Assembly: GCF_008831285.2 (NCBI RefSeq)
Contig: NC_045138.2
Coordinates: 16,616,001-16,680,000 of the forward strand
DNA: 64,000 nucleotides
From: Nymphaea colorata
Lineage: Eukaryota
Reading direction: 5' to 3'
Both the position numbers and the translations under genes were made by a program. Numbering within the stretch: position 1 is the stretch's first letter; every line of letters begins with the position of its first letter. Below the pieces are notes generated by a model. It had not been told where the DNA came from, searched no databases, and was given only the letters and a program-made list of their open reading frames with translations. Of this stretch, positions 55,143 to 64,000 are shown one piece after another.

Positions 55143-58100
55143 ATGGCTACATACTACTTCCCTGGTTCTAGTGTCCAAAGAGAGGTCATGCCTGCACCAT
55201 ATGTTAAGGATACTGGTCATTGTTTGTATCCAGAAGCACCTCTTCCAGGTAGCATGGCATACATGAACTTTTCATCTGCCAATACATATTCAGAAAGCAT
55301 GGACCATCCTCAATCTCCACAAAGTTGTGTTGAAGTTCCTATTTCTGATCCTATGCTGTCATCTGCTGATATTTCACAACCTGGTGCTCTCTCAAATTTG
55401 GTAACATCTCGCCTTGGGAACAATGTTTTCAATGGTTCGAGAGATAGCAGGAATGAAATGTTAATGCAAACAAGAGTCACTCTCAACAGTATGCAGGATA
55501 CTGATAGACGCATGAACTGTGGCAATGATTTGATCAACCGCAACAGCATGAGTGCTGATGTTGGTATGCAAATGCAGTTGGGCATCTTGCAAGGTGGACA
55601 GAATTTGCCATTACAGCAGTCTGCTGTTTCAGCTGTACATGGGCAAGGACTATCTTTGAGCCTTGGGACACGGGTTCCATCTGCAATTCCACTGTCTCCT
55701 TTTCAGTATCCACAAGATAATCCTGGTGTTCCAGTTATTGGTTCATGCCCTTCAGGTTTAGGGGCTGAGCCTCAGAATGGTGATATCTCTGGTAGTAAGC
55801 AGTCAAGTGGCAATAAATATCCTCCTGTTAACTTACTGAACAATTTTCAGCCTCCAGATATGACAAAATCAATGCACATGAATCCCTCTTCCTGTGGATT
55901 TTCAAATGTTGCAGGCGCAATTCCAAGTTCCAAGTATCTCAAGGCAGCACAACAGCTGCTTGAGGAGGTTGTGAATGTTCGGAAAGTTTTGAAGCCTGAG
56001 AACAACAAGAAGCAGAACTTTCAAATGCCTATCGGCAGAGCAGGTTCAAAAGAGATGGATGCAGGAATAAATGCATCTGAGAACCCATCCTCTGCAGGGG
56101 TTCTTCCAGAATCAACCACAGGCCCCTCTAGTGAACTCTCTCAAGCTGAAAGACAGGAGCTTCAATCAAAGCTGACAAAACTATCAACAATGCTAGATGA
56201 GGTGCATCTCTCTCTCGCTAGTTAACTGGACCATTGATGCGTTTTCACTAAATAAGCAGTGAAAGCATATTTACATATTTGAACTGTCTAGTTGACTTGC
56301 TGGACGATTAACATGATTTCAGTACATAAGAAATGACAAGTTGAAAACGCATGTACGTGTTTGAACTCAGTAAAAGATCCATGAACCACGTTTGTCTTTG
56401 AAAGATTTTTGAAATTTGATACTTGGTGCTATAGTTATGTCACACGGACAGGCTTGGAAGGGCACCACACCTGTGTCAACACAGCTGGACATAGGTGTGT
56501 GTGCGGGACATGATTTGGACATGGCAAGATTGTATTTTGTGTTTTTCTGGTCTATTTTGGTATTTCTTGTTTAATAATTTACATTTTGTCAGTATAAGTA
56601 ATGAATTTATGTGTTTTTTTTTCTTAAGATCTTATTGTTGCTATATATAAATATGGTTATGTCCCTGTAAAGTTTTTTTAAGATGTTCTGGACTGGTGTC
56701 TACACCTGTACATGTGTCCTCACTCCTCACCCATGTGACATACTGCTATAGTATGTGAGTACAATACTGATGTCCCATAACATTATTTTACCATGATTAT
56801 TCTTAACTGCCAAATTCTGTTGCTTGTATAGAATTAGTTTATCGTTGAATCATGATGTACACAAATAGTTAGGGTCTAATGATGTAGAAGCTCAATCATG
56901 CACCTGCTTACATTTTGAGGTATGGGCTTGACCTCCATAAGCCTCTGTCATTGATTGCACATCATGTTTGAAAACTTTCAGAAGCCTAAATCCAAAATTA
57001 TAAAGTTGGTAGCCGGCAAGGTCTTGACTCACTTTAATAGGGACTGGTGAAGTATCACCAAGTTGGAAAGGGTGTCTAAAGTTGAAAACTCATGAATACA
57101 TGATCTTTGTCATGAAGCTAAAAATTGGTGTACTCTGGGGTGAGGAAGGCAAAACCTGGACTTTTGCGGTAATAAATTCGGTGAGCAAAAGCTTTTCTTT
57201 AGTCATGCACAAGAAAGAATGTCACCTATAGCTGTTTGTGAAATATACCTCAACATAATTTTGATGGATTGGCCCGTCTTAGTTGTCTAATCTGATGATT
57301 TAATAAGTCAACCTCAATTCTACTTGTGTTTGGAATCAACGCTCTGCAATATGGATTGACAATTGACCTGTTGGCTCTCCCATTTCCTCATTGACACAAC
57401 AGTGAGGCAGAAATAGAAAGGGGCCAACCAAGTGCCTGAGTTGTGAAAGAGGGGAATTTTTCCTCTTTCCCAAACCCAGCTTGTTATGCCCAGAAAAGCA
57501 GCAAGTGTAGTGTTCAACAACAAATCAAGCAAATAAATGATAAGTGGGGGAAGTTGATCCGTGCAACCTATTTCTCACACAACTGCTTGTTTCTGGAGTG
57601 TAATTTTTCTATACTGAAGCTAGTTTCTGTTCTACAGGTTGACAGAAGGTACAAACAATATTACCATCAATTGCAAGTGGTTGTTTCATCCTTTGATGCA
57701 ATCGTTGGGTGTGGTGCTGCTAAGACATACACTGCACTTGCCTTCCAAACTATTTCTAGTCACTTCCGTTGTTTGCGGGATGCAATAAGTGGTCAAATTT
57801 GTGCATGTCGAAGAAGTCTAGGAGAACAAGATGCATCAAATGAAAACAGTGGCCTTTCTCGTCTTCGATTTGTGGATCAGCAGCTTAGGCAACAGAGAGC
57901 TCTGCAGCAGCTTGGGATGATACACCAGCATGCTTGGAGGCCACAAAGGGGCTTACCAGAAAGTTCTGTTTCAGTTCTTCGTGCTTGGCTGTTTGAACAC
58001 TTCCTTCATCCGTAAGACTCTGGACACTTCTTTTTCCTTTCCAAATATACTGGCCCATTTTTTGGGACTGATGTTTTGATATTTCATCGCCAGATATCCA

Positions 58101-58165
58101 AAGGACTCCGATAAACTTATGCTAGCACAAAAAACTGGCCTTACTAGGAGCCAGGTACCATCATG

Positions 58166-58208
<43 letters not shown>

Positions 58209-58927
58209 ACGCATAGAAATCACAAAAGTTCATAATTTACCTTTTATAATTTTATGTTCATGTTGTTGCTTAGGTGTCTAACTGGTTCATCAATGCACGT
58301 GTTCGGCTATGGAAACCAATGGTTGAAGAGATGTACAAAGAGGAAATTGGTGAAACTGAGTTGGACTCAAATTCTTCATCAGAAAATGCAGCTAAAGAAG
58401 GTGAATCAAAAGGAGATTCTGAGGAACGAGAGTCTCGGGACAGCAGACAGGTGGCTGCAGAAAAATACCATGCTAGCCAGAATGATAGAACAAAGTCGGA
58501 CCCCATAACAGATTCACGAATGGCGAATAAAGCTGAAATCGATGTAAAAGACAGTGGCAACTGTAGAAACATGAAATCAATTGGCCAATGCTCCAGCGTC
58601 GATGGATACCATCTTCGTCAAGATGCTCTTTTCCATTCTGGTACTGGTGAGAGGATAATTTCATTCCAAATGGCAGGTTTGGAGAGGTTTGGAACTGATG
58701 CTTACACCAGCAAGGCATGTGCCAGCAATGATGTTTCTCTCACTCTGGGTCTGCAACATTGTGATGTTGGGCTACCAGTATCCAGTGAACGACAAAATTT
58801 CATGGCCATTGGAGCCGAGAACTCATATCCAACCTCCATCAGCACAACTGCTATTGAGTACATGAATATGGGAAACCGACAGCAACAATTTGGTACTTCC
58901 AACATGTTGCATGACTTTGTGTCTTGA
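55143..58927 (+). CDS. BEL1-like (TALE) homeodomain transcription factor, BLH3/6/7/10-like, about 715 aa, 4 coding exons
   Basis: Exons 55143-56201, 57638-58011, 58094-58154 and 58274-58927 join in frame (2148 nt). Domains: N-terminal [12 protein letters not shown] box ([18 protein letters not shown]), BELL domain ([19 protein letters not shown]), homeodomain [33 protein letters not shown]...[32 protein letters not shown] and C-terminal LHDFVS. Confidence 0.95.
56435..56743. mobile_element. hAT-type MITE (309 bp) in the first coding-region intron of the BEL1-like gene
   Basis: TIRs TTATGTCACA / TGTGACATAC, with a perfect 8-bp TSD TGCTATAG (56427-56434 and 56744-56751). Confidence 0.85.
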
Positions 58928-61900
58928 AAGAAGCTTGTTAGCAGCTTGTATGAGGATAATGGTGATTAAAAAAGTTTGTCAGCTTCTTGTCATATAGCTG
59001 AGCGGGTTATCAGTTTGAAGCAGTGTGATATAGAAGTGAGCTTGTATTCTTACTTTCGCTGTAAGGCCACTTCCATGTTCTTGTATAATTGTAACGTTGG
59101 ATACATATGACAAAAGAGAAAAGGAATTATTGTCTCCATTGTAAATTTAAAAATGTCCTGTAGTTTATTCTGATGACAAACCTGTTCAGGATATCAAGGC
59201 CCTGAGAATGCTGCTCCGATGATGTTTCAGGGCGCACCAAGTTTAAGCCGAAGGTTGGATGTGCCAGAGAATGATGATAGTGCCCGAGTCTACCTTTATG
59301 TTCAGATTCATGGTTGGGATCTGGTTGAAGTAGAGATTGACTGGTTTCAGAGGAATCATAATCTGCAATCTGCAGAAAACAGATTGATGATCTTTTTTGT
59401 TTCTTGATGCTGCTCTATATATATATATATATATATATAAGGGGCACGTGTAACATTCAAAATTATAAGTTAAAGAAAAAAAAGAAAATCGATATTTAGT
59501 TCAAATTTTATAAAGGTTGTAAGATTAATGGTTTAATTTTCTCTTTCCTAAAATCCGATTAAATATTGGATTTTTTTTTTTTACTCCCACTACTTTTAGC
59601 ATCATGCATTCATTTATGCACTCAGATTTTTTCAAACAAAATACGCATTAAATGTCACGACAGTTCAAGCATGAGAGATATGGAAAATGGGCATGATAAA
59701 CACCATTTAGAAAGGGACAAGTCAATTTTAAAGTAGAGAGAGGGAGAGATGGCAGGGAATTTTTACTAGCCGTTGTCTAATGACCGCATGTATGAGTCCA
59801 ATCACTTCACATGTACGTACTAACATCCTAATTCCAGAGTTGAGCAGCTCAATATCTGACTTTTGCATGTAAATGAAGTTAAAGAATCATATTTCACTGA
59901 GTCACACAGATGGTGTCCAGACTTGGGCATGATTGTTCAGGTAGGCCATCCAATCATCTAGTATCATGTGTAGTGCAGAGGATCAAGAACGCTTATAAGT
60001 TTGCAAAGAAATGTTGATATAAATAATATATATGAAATATGTAGACCAAGGTAAATACAAGAATTATGTACGTTAAAATTGTCTAATCAATCTAATTGAC
60101 GGTTCACAAGGTATCGCATGTAACATTACTTTTACATAAACAACTCATAATCAATGAAAACAGTCTTCATATCTTCAATTGTCCGTTTTACTTGTTTTCT
60201 ACACCAAAAAACTATATTTTGAATCTTTGAAGTTTGATCAGTACAACTTAAAATTCAATGCCATAAAACTTCTACTCCAAAACAAGAAGTGACACTCGAG
60301 CCAAATCTGCCATGAACTTTTTTTTATCCCAAAAAAGAAAGAGCGCAGACGGGTCCCACAAATATTCTTTGGGTGCAACTGGGTCCCACTTTTCCCTGAA
60401 GCTCTTTCATCTCTATGAGCAATGATGATATTCTTGAAGAAAGCAAAGGAATCTAAAGCAGGAAGCAGCACATGATGGAGGACACACAGAACAGAATCAG
60501 GAGAAGAGGAGCGAACCAGAGCAATGTCTGCAAAAGTAACCCTCTTTTACTTTTTTCCATCCCTGCTTACTAGAGAAATCTCATTAGCATGCTCATATTT
60601 TAGCTGCTGCAATTTGAGAGGTCATATGTTTTCCTCTTTTCAGTGACGCGTTTCAGTTCTGACTGCGAAACATCTCGAAATTGTGAGAGACTGAGCTGTT
60701 GCTGTTACAACTTACAAGGCACAAAATATCAACGTTATTTCTTCTATTCTAGAGTTGCCCGTTATTTGGCAATTTTCAGAAAACGTGAGGTCTGTGTTTC
60801 GAATTATAGATTGGAAAAATCACTGTTCCCCTTTCATTTTTATTTTCTTTTGGCTTTAGGGGCAAAAGCTGGATCTCTTTTTTTTTTTCAAAAAGTGGTC
60901 ATGCTTTTTATGTAATGACGGACAGCGTCCCGGCCCCCATCTATCTGTAGAAGAGCTAATTCCTTGGTTTCATGGAGAGCGCCTACTTCAGAAAAAGGAT
61001 AAATCAGACGCTTTTATCGCCGAGGCGAATCATGCACCAAAATAGAAGAAGGCAGATGCTAGTTTCGATTTTTTTGTATTTCTTAAATTTATTTAAAATA
61101 TTGTTAATTATTTTTAAATTTTCAAAAAAATGAAAAAATAATACATTTACTGACACACAACAATATGCATCGTGATGGAACACAAGGTGCCAAGTTCATG
61201 GCTCTTTTTTGCAACTTAGAACACTGACGTTCTAAAAATCCAAAACAAAAGTGGCCATCAGAAAACTCCATCTCGTTCATTGTGCCAACTCCTAAACTGT
61301 GCATAACTGATATTGTGCTGAAATCATTATTTACAGCATTTGTTTATTCTCCAAATCTAGACTCTGCATGAGTAGAAGAAGAACAGCAACAAAATTTAGG
61401 AATTCTTTGACAAGAAGAACGTACGTTGTCAGAGAAGAAATAGCGGGAACGGAACACATTTTCAGATTTTTTTTTTTTTTTTTTGGAAAAGATGAAGAAG
61501 ACGACGAGTGGCATACAATAGAACTTATGAGCTTTATGACCTTAGAAAACTAATAATGTTAAATTTTAAACACTTGTCATCTTGTTTTCATGTTCTATTC
61601 AAGTAAGTTGAGACGTTTTGGATAAGCATAGTGGCACATACATACAAACTCGAAGGCACAATTCGAAGAAATTTGTGGAGAAAATGTTTTCACTGAAAAC
61701 TTTAAAGGAAAAAAATGAATATATATTTTTTATTTAACTTACAATTCTTTTTCTCCTCAAAATTTAAGAATCATGGATTTAAGATCAGACCCTGTGCTCC
61801 AATCTTAACCAAAATAAGAATTTCAAGTGTCAAACGTGTCAGACTTAAAATCCTTAATTTAATGAACCGTGGATTTTATCATGAACCTCTTATCAGCGTC

Positions 61901-63642
61901 AAATAAAGCATGTCACATCAAATTCATGAATTTTAAATCTGAAATAATCAAACACCCTATAGAACTTTTTAAAAAACTTACTTGGTGTATGCAGACAATG
62001 AAGGCAGGCTTCGTTTCCATGGTTCCACTATAAACCAGGTTTTCACAATGTAATAATTTTCTTGAAATCCAGAGATTCTATGCCGCAGCACGTATTTGAT
62101 TGACGTACTAAGCACCCTAATATAATTGGGAAACCGTGGATATGCTTTCATCTTACAAATTTCACGGATTTGAGTCGTTCACATTTTCCTAACCTTTCTA
62201 AAAGCTCGTATAGATCCCAAAGTTAACTAGTTGATTCAGTTCCTGCTGTAAATAGAACAAGATCAAAAACATTTCAATTCAAACCGAATATTAAAACCTC
62301 TTGTTGTCAGCCTTTTTTTTTTTCCTGCAGGCCATAGCTCCTTTGTGGGAGGAGAGAGAGAGAGAGAGAGAGACCTGGCTAATGATGTTACGTGTGAGAG
62401 CTGAGATTTTGGAGATTTTGGGGCCTGGGAAAAAGAAAACGCCTCTTGTCCAAAAGGTACAAAGTTGCACCTCCCAAGCTTGATTTCCTTGATTAATAGC
62501 TCTCTTTCAGCAGCAGTTTTCTCAGAGAAGAAACAGAAGCATTTTTGTTTGATGGTGCTACTGTGGACCCTCCTCTGCCACTTTTCTCTAACGTGGTGTT
62601 TTGATTTTTACCTTCTCGATTCAATAAAGTTTTGGTGGAAATAATACCAGTAGCCAGTAGAGACAGGTGATTTTCTTCTTTCTCTTTTTTTCTTTTTTTT
62701 TTGGGTGTGTGTTTGTGGTTCTTCTAAGGCAGGAGGAAATTTCCTGTACGTGACCAAGTGCAGAAACTAGAACATCTTTGGACTTGTGCTTCTGTGCTCT
62801 CATTTCTTTCTTTGATTCTTATCTAGCTTCTGGATTCTCCATTTTTAAAAATTTTAAGAGGACTTGAGAGTGCTTTTTCCTGATTTCTTCTCACATTGAT
62901 TGTGGTACAGCCCAAAAGCAAAAGAAAGTTGTTCTTTTTTCTTATTTGGTAGTTGCGTCCTTTTCCAAAAGTATTGTCACTTTTTTCGGTGCTATTGCTC
63001 TGCAGATGCTGTACTTGGTCAGTGTTCCCTGCTACTGCTTTTTCTCAGATTGTGATTGGCGTATGCATTCATGGAAGCAAAGAAAAGAACACTAACCATT
63101 TTTCTTAACTCTGTCGTTCTTTGGTATACCTTCAGCTAATTTCGTCAGCATCTTTGTTACTGAATTCTACCTGTTGCAGTGATTAGCTTACCTGACGCAT
63201 AAGAAAGCCAAAAAAGTACTGTTTTCCTTCTCTACTGATAGTTATGGAAATTTTAAATGGATATTAAATGGAAAGTGACGCAAATGAAAACTTTTGATTG
63301 CAGCTCAGTATCCATGTTACTCATGCTGCTTATATCCGTATCTTGTTTTCCCACGGAACGTAATTTCATTCATGAGTTAGCGTTGCTTATGAAAACCTGT
63401 AATATTGTCTGTGACACTTAATATGCGTATGCTTACTATATACTCTGCCATTACTGTTTATGCTTCTTCTTCTTCAAGAATTGCTTGGTAGCACAGAAAG
63501 AGATAGCCGTTACTCGTAACCTTTTTCATTTATGTTGGTCTCTCCCCCATCCATACGCCATTTTCTTTAGTACGTCTATGCATCTTTCCTAAAGATTTCA
63601 GTCTTGATCAGAAGCTCAACTTTTTAACCAAGGCCTATTAAC

Positions 63643-64000
63643 ATGGTGTTGCAAGATTCATCTCATGCATCTGCTTCATCTCTTCATGTTCAAGTCAATG
63701 CATATGAACTTCCGGGGGCCGAGGTAAAGCGGGGGACATGCGCAGAATCATGCAACTTACCAAGCATTAATTCGCTCGGGGAACGTATTTCTAGCTCCAT
63801 TAATCTTCTTCCTACCCCAGGTACTAAGAATGCTAGAATGGAGATGGGCAAACACGTTTCTGGTTCTATCAATCTTCTTCATGCTCCAGTCATCCATGAT
63901 CCTGGGATGAATATTTGCAGAGGAAGAAACTCAACTGCACTACATGCTGGTAAAGGCAGATATTACAGAAATTGCTGTTCCGAGGATAGCCATGATCTGT
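63643..64000 (+). CDS. 5' end of a protein-coding gene running off the window; possibly a second BEL1-like (BLH11-type) gene
   Basis: ATG at 63643 opens a stop-free frame to the window end (MVLQDSSHASASSLHVQVNAYELPGAEVKRGTC...SEDSHDL, 119 aa). It is missing from the ORF track because it has no stop. An acceptor TTTCAG lies at about 63601, with GA-rich leader-like exons upstream at about 62330-62666. The identity is only inferred from a remembered MVSQDS-type N-terminus and from position. Confidence 0.5.
   Translation, partial: MVLQDSSHASASSLHVQVNAYELPGAEVKRGTCAESCNLPSINSLGERISSSINLLPTPGTKNARMEMGKHVSGSINLLHAPVIHDPGMNICRGRNSTALHAGKGRYYRNCCSEDSHDL

Noticed and set aside
59219..59407. 62-aa ORF downstream of the BEL1-like stop
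   Set aside because: It is short, has no motif, and lies in the likely 3' UTR or flank.

Overview
AT-rich, intron-rich plant (angiosperm) nuclear DNA. All genes found are on the + strand, and most of the six-frame ORF track is noise or single exons. I rebuilt the spliced models by hand from GT/AG boundaries and reading-frame continuity. In order: the 3' part of a thioredoxin h (WCGPC); a complete 15-exon mitochondrial D-2-hydroxyglutarate dehydrogenase with one GC-AG intron; a 6-exon UBE2W/UBC15-18-type E2; a 9-exon organellar RsmI-like methyltransferase; three tandem, intact 4-exon phytoglobin (non-symbiotic haemoglobin, class 2-like) genes; a 4-exon BEL1-like TALE homeobox gene; and the 5' end of an ORF that runs off the window, possibly a second BEL1-like gene. 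Introns and intergenic DNA carry many hAT- and PIF-type non-autonomous elements, microsatellites and local duplications. The most interesting part is the globin cluster: one conventional copy plus two strongly diverged paralogues with an altered B/C-helix motif. Copy 3 also has PheB10->Leu, a 2-aa CD-loop insertion, AYD->AHH and a possible in-frame cryptic exon. Gene identities and Arabidopsis comparisons rest on remembered family motifs, not database searches.
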